Below, in pieces: positions 1 through 9,350 of a stretch of 32,339 nt of DNA. Positions within the stretch are counted from its first letter, which is position 1, and each line of letters begins with the position of its first letter. Position numbers and translations under genes: made by a program. This DNA is from Basidioascus undulatus. Lineage: Eukaryota. The notes under the pieces were generated by a model. The model ran no database searches, was not told where the DNA came from, and saw only the letters and a list, made by a program, of their open reading frames with translations. The DNA is taken from the NCBI GenBank assembly GCA_000826855.1, contig JTLS01000093.1, positions 1 through 32,339 on the forward strand, read 5' to 3'.

Positions 1-985
1 CAGCCTACGGGCGTATGGCAGGACCTTGCCGGCCTCGCCGGGCCCCCCTCGACCTCCTCGTTCCAGCAGCCCAACTTCACGGGCGCTTCCTTCGTTTCCA
101 CCGCCTCGAGCGGCTCCGGGTACGCTCGCGCCCTGCGGTTTCTCAGCCCCCTCTGCGCAGCTCACATGCTTCTGTCCGCGCTGCAGGTCCAACAACCCCT
201 ATGCCCGCCCCGCATCCGCGAGGGCCCCGTTCGCGCAACAACCGCAAATGCAAGCGCAGCCGACGGGGTTCAACCCCTCCAACCCCTACCTCTCCCCCTC
301 CGCATCGACCTCCTCGACAAACCCCTACGCCACGTCCCTCTCCCCGTGCTCCGGCCAGCCGTCCTTCCTCCCCTCGCAGCCGACCGGCGCGTTCTCGGCC
401 TTCGGTGGCGCGCAGCAGCAGCAGCAGCAGCCGAGCAACGGCCTGTCGCAGTTCAGCGCACAGGCGCAGCCGACTGGCCTCCCCTTCCAGTCCCAACAAC
501 AACCGCCCTCCCAGTTCGCCGCCTCCCTGTCCCCCACGTCCCCCTTCGCCCAACAATCCCCGCTCTCCGCCCAACCAACCGGCGCCGTACGGCCCTTCCA
601 GCCCACATCCGCCTTCGGCCAAGCGTCCTTCTCCAACCCCTCCCAGTCTCCCTCCGCCCCGCCCTCCTCCTTCCCCAACACCCATGCACCCACGCGCTCC
701 TTCTCCCTCGCCGTCCCCACACCCACCTCGTATCAGCAGCAGCCGACGGGCCTGCCCCAGCGCTCCGTCAGCGCGGCAGGCGCGTTCTACGGCCAGGGCC
801 AGGGCCAGGCGCAGTCGCTCTCGCCCCAGCCAATGCAGATGCAGGGCAGCGCGAACCCCTACGCGGCGAGCTTGGGCGCGCAGCAGCAGATGCAGCAGGG
901 GTTCATGCCACTGCAAGGCGGTGCCGGGCAGCCCGTGCCGCAACAGGAGATGTGGGCTGCCGGGACGGGGCAGCAGTGGGGATGA
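1..985 (+). CDS. 3' part of a low-complexity Q/P/S-rich endocytosis/actin-patch-type protein with QPTG and NPY repeats (5' end outside the window). Exons <1-119 and 187-985
   Basis: Frame 1 reads QPTGVWQDLAG...SSGS. A 67-nt GTACGC...CTGCAG intron (120-186) joins it in phase to the 26..985 frame (SNNPYARP...GQQWG*). Six QPTG motifs and four NPY motifs, as in the Q-x-T-G repeat tails of Sla1/Pan1/epsin/ArfGAP-type adaptors. The exact gene cannot be named without the N-terminal domain. Confidence 0.7.
   Translation, partial: SLRAYGRTLPASPGPPRPPRSSSPTSRALPSFPPPRAAPGTLAPCGFSAPSAQLTCFCPRCRSNNPYARPASARAPFAQQPQMQAQPTGFNPSNPYLSPSASTSSTNPYATSLSPCSGQPSFLPSQPTGAFSAFGGAQQQQQQPSNGLSQFSAQAQPTGLPFQSQQQPPSQFAASLSPTSPFAQQSPLSAQPTGAVRPFQPTSAFGQASFSNPSQSPSAPPSSFPNTHAPTRSFSLAVPTPTSYQQQPTGLPQRSVSAAGAFYGQGQGQAQSLSPQPMQMQGSANPYAASLGAQQQMQQGFMPLQGGAGQPVPQQEMWAAGTGQQWG
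413..430 (+). repeat. (CAG)6 coding microsatellite (poly-Q)
   Basis: cagcagcagcagcagcag read directly, in frame with the QPTG protein. Confidence 0.85.
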
Positions 986-1498
986 CGTTGACGGTGGGGG
1001 AGGAGAGAGCGGTCCACGACGCTCATTTGACTTTTCTTTGCTGCATTTGCCATGGGGACGCGAGAATGTGGCGCGTTTGGGAAGGTTGCGAGGGTTACTT
1101 AATTGCTTATCACTCATTTTGCAACACTTTCTTGCTTGGTTAACGTTGTTGTTAAGCGACAGAGGAGCAACGACGGTGGAGAGGCACTTGAATCGCGGAG
1201 TTCGGGAAGCTTTCACAGCCGCACAACGATTTCAACTTCACTCTGTGGTATTACAAGAGCAGAGTGCAGTGCTGGTACCTTTGAACGCTTATCTTTTTCG
1301 GTCAGGACACCCAAGCATGCTCGGAGAAGTGGGCCCTTTTCCATCGGCTTATTTGGCGCCCACTGGACGCGCGCTCCAGGCGCCAGGCAAAATCCGTGCG
1401 ACTTGCTTTTGTCAGCTGGCCGCCCAAGAACTTCCCCCTGGTCGCCTGCCCCTGCCCTCCGGCTTCCTACCTTCGCCCCACACACACGCACGCTCACC

Positions 1499-3221
1499 AT
1501 GCCACGCACACCCGGCTCGATCTCCAAAAAGGCTTCCAAGAAGCTCGCGAAGTCCCCCGCGGCCGCGGCTGCGGCGCCCTCCCCTGTCCCGTCGACGGGC
1601 AAGACGCCCTCCAAGGCGCGCCTCGTACCCCTTCCGTCCTCGCCCCCGGAGGTTGCGGAGGCGGCCGAGGACGAGGGGAGCGAGGAAAGCGACGAGGAGG
1701 ACGATGATGGGGTCGATGAGGAGGGCTTGAAGCGCATCATGGAGCTCCTGGATGAGGACGACATCGACGAGCCTACCGCGGAGCTCTTGCAGCGGATGCG
1801 GGAGGAGATGGGGGAGGAGGACGACGAGGTGAGCCGGCCTTGGCTGGTTCTTATTTGGATGGGTGCGGAAGCTGATCGAGTGCGGTGATGGCAGGATGAG
1901 GAGGACGAGGAGTCGAGCGGCGAGGAGGACGAGGAGGAGGCGGACGGCGCCGCGGCCCTCAGTGACGAGTCGGAGAGCGATGAGGACGAGGATGAGGAGA
2001 TGGACGAGGCCGAGGCGGCGGCGATCCGTGCCATCGACGAGGCTGAGGCGGATGGCGACGAGTACGTGACTCTGTCCTGCCCCTCCTCAAACTGCAGCTG
2101 ACCACAGGCCGCCTTTGCAGTGACGAGGAGGAGGCAGTCGAGCTGGACGAGGCGTCCGATATCGATGTGGACGAGGACGCGGTGCGGAAGACGAAGGTGA
2201 CGGTGAACAACAAGGTGCGTCTGCTCTTGTTGCGTTGGATGAGAGGGAGACGAGGGGTTCGAAGAAGCTGACCGTATTGCGATGGGCGACTCCCAGACCG
2301 CCATTTCCCGCATCCTGAAATCCTTCGCCCTCGTCCCGCACCTCCCCTTCATCGAGCACCTCTCCGTATCGCACCCCCAGCCGCTCTCCGAGCTCGGCGT
2401 CACCGACCCGGAGGATGACCTCACGCGCGAGCTTGGCTTGTGCGTTTCTTCTCCTTGTCCTTCCCACCCCATCCCCAGCCACGTTTGTTGATACTCTCCT
2501 CTTCGCAGCTACAAGCAGGCCCTGCACGCCGTTGAGGCCGCCAAGCCGCAGATCATCGCGTCCGGCGTGCCGTTCAGCCGCCCGGCGGACTACTTCGCGG
2601 AGATGGTCAAGTCGGACGAGCACATGGAGCGCATCCGGCAGCGCCTGCTCGACGAGCGCGCGGGCATCCAGGCGAGTGAGAACGCGCGCAAGCAGCGCGA
2701 GCTCAAGAAGTTCGGGAAGAAGGTACAGACGGAGAAGCTGCAGGAGCGCGAGCGGAATAAGAAGGAGATGGTGGAGCGCGTTAAGGGCTTGAAGCGGAGT
2801 GCGTGCTTTCTCCTTCCCTACTATCTCCCGCTTCCCCTTCTGTGCTAGCCTGCTGACGCAACGGGACGACGCCACAGAGCGCAAGGACGCGCTCGAGACG
2901 GACGGCGGCGGTGACGACGACTTCGACGTGCAGCTCGAGTCCGCTCTGGACGGGGGCGAGTCCGACCGCCCCTCCAAGCGGGGCCGCGGCGGCGTGCGGG
3001 GCGCGCGGGGCGGGCTGTCGCGCAACAAGCGCGACCAGAAGTTCGGGTTCGGCGGCAAGAAGCGCAACTCCAAGGCCAACACGCGCGAATCGACGCACGA
3101 ATTTGGGGGCGGCGGCGAGCGCGGACGCGGGGGCGGCCGCGGAGGGCGCGGAGGGAAGAGGGGAGGGGGCGCGCAGAGGCCCGGGAAGAGCAAGAGGATG
3201 GCGGCGAGGGGGAGGGCGTGA
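1499..3221 (+). CDS. EBP2: rRNA-processing protein Ebp2 (60S biogenesis). Exons 1499-1828, 1895-2061, 2121-2214, 2297-2439, 2509-2798, 2878-3221
   Basis: Five phase-compatible GT-AG introns. Acidic D/E-rich N-terminus, then the Ebp2 signatures DDLTRELGFYKQAL, PFSRPADYFAEMVKSDEHMERIRQRL, RELKKFGKKVQ and RDQKFGFGGKKRNSKANTRES, ending in an RGG-rich tail with RPGKSKR. Confidence 0.95.
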
Positions 3222-3642
3222 GGAGATGGGGTTGGCGTTGGGCTGTCCATGTTCACGATCTTTTCATCGCATGGGTTTCATTGCGCTTTCCAGTCTTGGG
3301 TGTTTATTTTCTCGGGAAGGCATTATGTTCGCAGCGGTTGGGTTGGGTGCGAGATGTTTATGTTAAATGGTTCTTGCCTTCGGACGAACCGAAGGGTCGC
3401 TTCGTCCGTAGAAACAGTAATAGATAGCTGTTCCTGGTTATGTAAACGTTCAGTTCAATTATTAACACAAGAATCGTCCTACAAAATGTCGGTTCAAGCA
3501 GTAGTAGCGAGGGCACGCTTGCTCGGCATACTCAGTACTCCGTCTCAACCCTTCAGCACAGCTTCGCCTCCCACCCCCACCTCACAGCGTGCGCTTGTCT
3601 GCCGCTCCCCTTTCCAGTACTCAAGCATCTTCGGTCGACACC

Positions 3643-4422
3643 ATGTCGTCCGCACAGCCTCCACTGTCGGCCACATGCACCTTGACCGTACCGGTGCTCA
3701 CACTTGAACTAGCACCATGAACGTTCAGACTGATCTTCCGCGTGTAGACACCTTGAAATTGTCATTTTTCAAGGTGTCAAATCCGTCAAGGTGTGGTACC
3801 CTGAGTATCAGTGTGCTTTTCAGGGTGCCCACCATGGTTTCAACGACTACGTCCTTCCCGCGCTCGAGGCGTTTAGCACGACTACGGCGGTCTATCAATC
3901 ATCTGCCCGTTCGCGTCACCGCCCACCTGGACGGAAATTCTCTCGCAGCTGTGCGTCCCGTCCGCGCTCTTCCCGCTCTGTCTCCCGAAGGACGCGGGCG
4001 ACTACGCGTCTCAAGAAGAGATCTAGACGGCGTGGGAGGAAGGCGCTCCCGTCGAGGTGGCCGGCATAGCGCCGCCGCTTAGGTTGGTGGAGAAGTTTTT
4101 TTTTTTTGGCGGAAGGACGGCAGGGTGGTGTACGGGCAGAATATCCCGGGTACGCAGCAGTCGTGGCGTCCGGGAAGACGAAGCAGGCGGAACAGTGCGT
4201 CCCTCTCCCCCTGCTCCTTTTTCATTTCTCTGTGCGCCGCATCGACTAACAGGACATTGCATAGGATCGGAAGCGGTGGACAAGGTTCCTTATCATACGA
4301 AGTACATTATGGAGCGACGGACGTCAGCCGGCTTGTCGCCGCAAGCTGCGCGGCTTGAGCTGAAGGCGCGGCGCCGCAGTCGCACAATCGCAAAGCTGCA
4401 GGAGAATTTGCGTGTTGAATGA
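3643..4422 (+). pseudogene. possible decayed hypothetical gene
   Basis: Protein-like segments in changing frames (HLEIVIFQGVKSVKVWYPEYQ...; HDYGGLSIICPFASPPTWTEILSQL...DYASQEEI*TAWEEGAPVEVAGIAPPL; GSEAVDKVPYHTKYIMERR...LQENLRVE*), splice-like sites (CTGAT...TAG at 3747; CTAAC...TAG at 4264) and a 12-T run. No family recognised. Confidence 0.3.
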
Positions 4423-5038
4423 GTCCGAGACATGATGCATTGCATGGCTGTATACGTTTTTGCCGTTACGGGTTTGAAGCCTGCAAGCAACGAGACAGGA
4501 AAATGACAGACCATGCGAACGGGTGCCACGCGAACGGGCGGTGTTCCGCTCAAGCTCGGAAGCTTCTTCAGTCAGACTTGCACACACATCGCGCCACAGA
4601 AGCAAGCATTCAAGCTGAGACTGAACAAAGAAAGCGGGGAGGGAAGCAAAAGTGAAGGTAAGGGGGAGGAACGCGAAAGTCAAGAAGTGGAGGAAAGCGA
4701 CATCTAAGGGAGAGGATGGTGAAGTGTCCATAGGCGTTGGCGAGAGGTGACGTACGGAGAAGGAGGTCTGCATGGTGGGGGAGGGGGAGGGAAGGCTTAT
4801 GGATGGGTGGTCGATCGGGCCGCCCGGACGAATCAACGGAGGTAAGGCTACAGAGGAGTCAACGTAGTTGTCGAGTAAGGTCGGAGAGATGTCGAGAGGA
4901 TGGGGATGTGGGGGAGAAGGGGATGGGAGAGCGTCAGGATGGGATATAGGAAGGGGTGAGTATCGGTGGAAGACACGCACTGAAAAAGCCCATCCCAGTC
5001 TCGCCGGCCGTGGAAGCCTGCACCTTCCTCATCCGCCC

Positions 5039-5763
5039 ATGCACCGCATTCTGCACGTCATCGTCCCCATCCCCATCATTAGCCTTCAAGGCGACACGAT
5101 TGAAGGCGTGGCTTGTCGGCGGTCGTCGAGTGCGCGGTGGCCTGCTCTCCCGATCCGCGAGTCTGGCGTGCGCTCCTCCGCCTCACACCGAATCCCGCGT
5201 CCCTACACTTCTCCCCGCCGCTCGCGCTCGACATCCCTCCTCGGCCGAGCGTCCCGCCCGGCGACCTTCCTCCACAAGCCACCGCCATCACTTTCCTGCA
5301 TTCTATCGGAAACGGGCTCCAGGGCCGGCTGGTGCGACACGAAGGCGACTACTTCGGTTCGCCCGACCATCGCGCGTTGAACGACGTCCTCGAGAGACTG
5401 CCCGCGCTCGAGCGACTCTACATCTACGTCGAGGGCGCGGGCCACAGGCGCTTCTGGTGGGCCGAAGGCGGACTGAGGCTTCCGCACTTCCAAGCGCTGG
5501 CAGTGCGCAGCGACTCCATGACGACGGCACAGAGTCTACTCGAATGGTGCCCCAGGATCAGGCGCATTCGCATCATATCAGCTGCGGGGCAAGCGGGGAG
5601 CACGCCATGGTGGAAGCTGATTGAGGACAATGTGGAGTTGTTGGAACTTGTGGATGTGAATAGAAAGGTTTTAGGGCTTTGGCAGAGGAACGGGCGGGCA
5701 GGGCGAGCTGATGGTCATGAGCACGCGGTCGGCGAGGACGCTGTGGACTGGGAGGACTTCTGA
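5039..5763 (+). pseudogene. hypothetical LRR/F-box-associated-like protein, probably frameshifted near 5105-5113
   Basis: 216-codon GC3-rich frame (5113-5763) with LERLPALERLYIYV and LRLPHFQALAV leucine-repeat-like segments. It has no ATG near its start and an in-frame TGA at 5101, while an upstream frame (MHRILHVIVPIPIISLQGDTIEGVA) looks like its missing N-terminal part. Confidence 0.45.
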
Positions 5764-6178
5764 CCCTGTACACTGCACTGGTAGCAACTACATCTGGTGT
5801 TTACGGTCTATCGGACCCCAAAAGATATTTTGCCTGTAGTGTTGAGGTAGAGAGTGCTCGGTGCAGCAGTCGGAGGCCAAGTCAAAGCGGACCAGTACGT
5901 CTACACAGAGTCACGGTGGCAACTTGAGAACCACCTACAAGGATGCGCGGCATTTGTCCTTACAGAGACTGGTCGAAGATTGCCGCACTATGTATTATAT
6001 TCATATAATACTCAAAACCCCGTCAACAATTATAGCACGTCTACAGCAGTTTTCTCAGCACGGCTGGAAAGTCGCAAGTTAAGATCATCGGTTCGGAGCG
6101 TATTTAACTCAGCCAAAATTCCTAAAACTTCCTACAGCAAAACTATAAACCACCTCGGATTCCCTTAGGCTTTCTGTA

Positions 6179-7900
6179 TTACCTTGAGAGAAGGAGACAA
6201 GTTGCGTAGGCACAAACCCGGACTGGACATGTCGACCGCAGTCTTCTCTGCTCTCTCTCTCCCTCTCCCCCTTTTTCTTTGTCTTTTTGCCTATTTCTGG
6301 TCGGCAAATTGTGCCTTTTAATTGGTTCTACAGAACAGCAAGCTCCTGAAAGGGCTGACAGGAGTAAATATTGGAGTTGTGGAAGCCATCCGCTCTCTCC
6401 TATTCCTTTACGTTTCCCCTGCTTTGTGGCTATTCTATCGTCTCCGTCATCAAGTAACACTACAGAAGTAGCCAAATGGATGTCCCCTGGCACATACCAG
6501 TAATTCTGGCCAGGTGCATTCGTGCGTGTGCTGAGCTGGTCCGCTGAGCGCGAGCATTCAGCCTTCCGAGAGTAGGCATCTGATGATTGTCACTGGAGAC
6601 CAATCAGGGCTGTTTACGAGCGTATATGTCTCTCACTCTCTGTGTCAATGTTCCATAATTACGTTCAATGACCCGGCGAGTCTGGCAGCACGGGGATTGT
6701 AGCATGATTCGCATTCGTGCCCATTGCAGTCAATGGAACCACGGCTGCATTTGACGATCTTGGAACTCGTAGAACTGAGTGGCCCCGGGATTCCGTAAAT
6801 TTTGCACATACATCGTACTCTCAACTTCATTCTTACCTAAATGCAAACACCTTATCTCTCCAATTCCATCTGCAATGTGTATCATGCCTGAGTCTAGAGC
6901 AGATTTCAATTCACTGAGGAGCAATCGGTTTCCACGGCCTTCTGACGGCTCCTCACATCCAAACACCTTCATATGGGTGAAAGCGGTTCCGTCACTAGGT
7001 GATTGCAAAAGCCACTGCTTCGGCTGCAGGACGCCGGTGTGGGGCCAAAAATGATTTCCGGAATCAACGATGCGAGCTACAAACAAGGCTTCAAACTGCA
7101 TGCTGACGTCATACATCTGCCTCACTCTCTGCTCACACTTATGAGCAAAGATTCACTCTCCACGTCTCGATAGATTGAGGTCCAAGGAGTTTTCACAAAA
7201 GGCGACGTTCGTCAGTCGTAGGATAAGCTGCCGAGACAGATTGTCTGACACGTTCTAAGGGTCTGACCCCAAAGCCCCATGTCAATTTCCGAGCCAGCAA
7301 TGGTATTCTGTACTGTGCAAGAATCACATCCGAGATTGACATTTCGGTGTGGGAGACAAAGGAGACTGCTGCCTGTATAATTGCCTTGGGTTGTATGTAA
7401 GGGAAACGGCAGCCCCTGCGCTTAATGGCGACACTGTGGTCAAGCAGCCACAGGCCACAAAACTGATCCGACAGGAGTTTGGCTAAGTCTCTCATTGCGG
7501 ACACAGCAATGTCCAACGACTCGAAAGGTTGGGGCTCAAGAATTGCAGGAGTTTCACTTCAAGTGGCTATCAGTATTCCTGAAAAATCTCCGTCTATCGC
7601 TCTACTAGTAGGTAGACATAGAGAATCTGCGTTGGATCTCATTACCAAGGGCTCGCACCACTTCAAGATTCCCAAAGCTGCTGCGAAAGAGTGGGATATC
7701 TTCCGTCCAGACAAGATACTATTATGGTTCCTTGAGAATATCCAGAAATATGAAGTAAGCGTTGTTACCGGTACTGGCGACAGGGCAACAACCGCAATGC
7801 CCTGCAGTGTCGAGACTTGCGCAGTTCGTATATCCTTGACCTCATCACCGCAAAGTGCCCACGTTGAATTTGAGTGAGGAGGAATTTTCAAATGACAGCC
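6179..7900 (-). pseudogene. long intronless degenerate reading frame of unknown family, possibly transposon-derived
   Basis: ORFs 7559..8167 and 7193..7516 are in one frame split by TGA. A one-base shift near 7150 leads into 6730..7125, which continues past TGA (6730-6732) and TGA (6604-6606). Another shift near 6500 leads into 6179..6493. GC is visibly lower than in the flanking genes. Confidence 0.5.
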
Positions 7901-8409
7901 GCTTATGGAAGTAATCTTTCGCTGACTACGATGGGCACGCAGGCTACCACTAGGGCAGCGATCGTCGCTGCACGCGTAGGCGGTCATCGCCCTTCTCAAC
8001 AACGTTGGTCTGGAAACGGTCACACTGAGATTTTTCCTCGGAAATTCAAGTATAGAACGGTGCGGTTCCATCACGACAATGCATATGAATTCCACCACAA
8101 GACAAGGCCCTCCGTCTCCGTTTTGCCGCTGCACGCTACTGAGTCTGACTGTCCGACGCCTCCGCATTCTTCATTCGCTTGGCCCGCATTCCCCTCACCC
8201 CCCAACCTGCTCCAGCGGCTGCTCCCAACGACGCTTGTTCTCCAGGTTTCGACCAGGCTTTGATCCCCGGCGTCGCCCTTGCCGCCCCGACGCGGTCGGA
8301 GACAGGGAGGGAGGGTCGAGGGGATCGGCCGCGTCGGGCGGTGTCGTGGAAGGAGCGGCGGCGAGGGTGAGGGCTGTAAGGGAAGGGGATGAGATACAGG
8401 CGACAGTGG

Positions 8410-8610
8410 GGGCGCATGCTCGCCTGCGTGTGCGTCCGAGGTAGAGTCGGGGATGAACGTGGCGATCGGAATGGGAAGTGCCGGGAGAGGAGGTGCGGGA
8501 GGCGGCGGCTGCGCATGCGCGTCGGCGAACGGGCCGGAGGTAGAGCGGAGGGTGGGTTGGTCTACGGGAATGGAAAGTGTCGGGAGAGGTGTAGGCGGGA
8601 GAGGAGGGGT
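8410..8610. repeat. imperfect tandem duplication with a period of about 99 bp
   Basis: ggaatgggaagtgccgggagagg (8468-8490) vs ggaatggaaagtgtcgggagagg (8567-8589) match at 21 of 23 positions. gaggtagag (8438/8537) and gcgcatgc (8412/8511) recur at the same 99-bp offset. Confidence 0.7.
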
Positions 8611-8699
8611 GGGCGGTGGAGAGGCCCTGCGCGTGCGGTCGCCGGCGGGGTCGCATGTGCGCTAGGAGGAGAAGCCGGCGTCTCCGAAGCGGGGGTTTC

Positions 8700-9350
8700 G
8701 ACGACGTCGAGAGATGGGTGAGGCAGCTTGCGGAGGTGGGATGTGTACACAAGCCCGCACGACTGCTCATCAAGCTCCTCGAGGTTGTCGAGGCCGCGGA
8801 TCATCCGCTGAATAAAGGAGGGGTCGTCCGAACGAATGAGAGCGCTTTTGATGTTGAGGCGGAAGCTTCCGATGAACTCCTCTGCGCTCTCAAGGCATCC
8901 CCAGCCCCGATCTTCGATGACGAGGCGGGTGAGCTGGGGAAGCACCACCGCGCCAGCGTGCGCAGGATACGGCAGTATCCCGACACTCGATGGTCATGAC
9001 CAGCTCCCGCAAGCGCTCGCGTCGAAGATTCTCGACGGTCGTGTCATGCCAGAACCATTTGTCGTCGTCGACGTAAACGCGGACACCCAGTATCTTGAGG
9101 TCGCCAAATTCGAGATAAAGATGAGCCTCAACCAGCAGGTCGAGGCGAGGTGCCACTATGTCGAATAGACGGGTGTTGGGAAAAGGTACGTGGTTATCCA
9201 GGAGGTATAGTGACATGACTAAACCGCGATACGAAAGATGGCTCTGCACTGTCGGGAAGCGCGAAGGCCCATGGGTGCGTGATCGCGAATGTCAGGGTAG
9301 TGATATCCGCAAGATCGATCGAGTCGCCGCGGCGGTCCAGCATGTGACAG
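8700..9350 (-). pseudogene. frameshifted hypothetical LRR-like gene, apparent paralogue of 5039-5763
   Basis: Three overlapping frames chain into ...KILGVRVYVDDDKWFWHDTTVENLRRERLRELVMTIECRDTA / ILRTLARWC / PQLTRLVIEDRGWGCLESAEEFIGSFRLNIKSALIRSDDPSFIQRMIRGLDNLEELD, with two shifts at about 8940-8975. Ends are approximate. Confidence 0.5.

Noticed and set aside
15..1730. 571-aa + ORF and the overlapping - strand ORFs (143..1216 and others)
   Set aside because: Wrong-frame or antisense shadows of GC-rich coding sequence, rich in R/P/S. The ORF runs across the real stop at 985 and the EBP2 start.
1213..3256. 419-aa and 389-aa - strand ORFs
   Set aside because: Antisense to EBP2; the poly-Ser runs mirror its GAG/GAC acidic codons.
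4324..4980. 218-aa - strand Pro/Ser-rich ORF with a hydrophobic stretch
   Set aside because: Explained by a purine-rich + strand; no recognisable motif or splice structure. Not excluded, but unsupported.
6179..7900. TGA read as Trp or Sec (mitochondrial insertion, mitovirus or recoding)
   Set aside because: The frame uses TGG for Trp repeatedly, is not AT-rich like fungal mtDNA, and also has frameshifts. Mutational decay is simpler.
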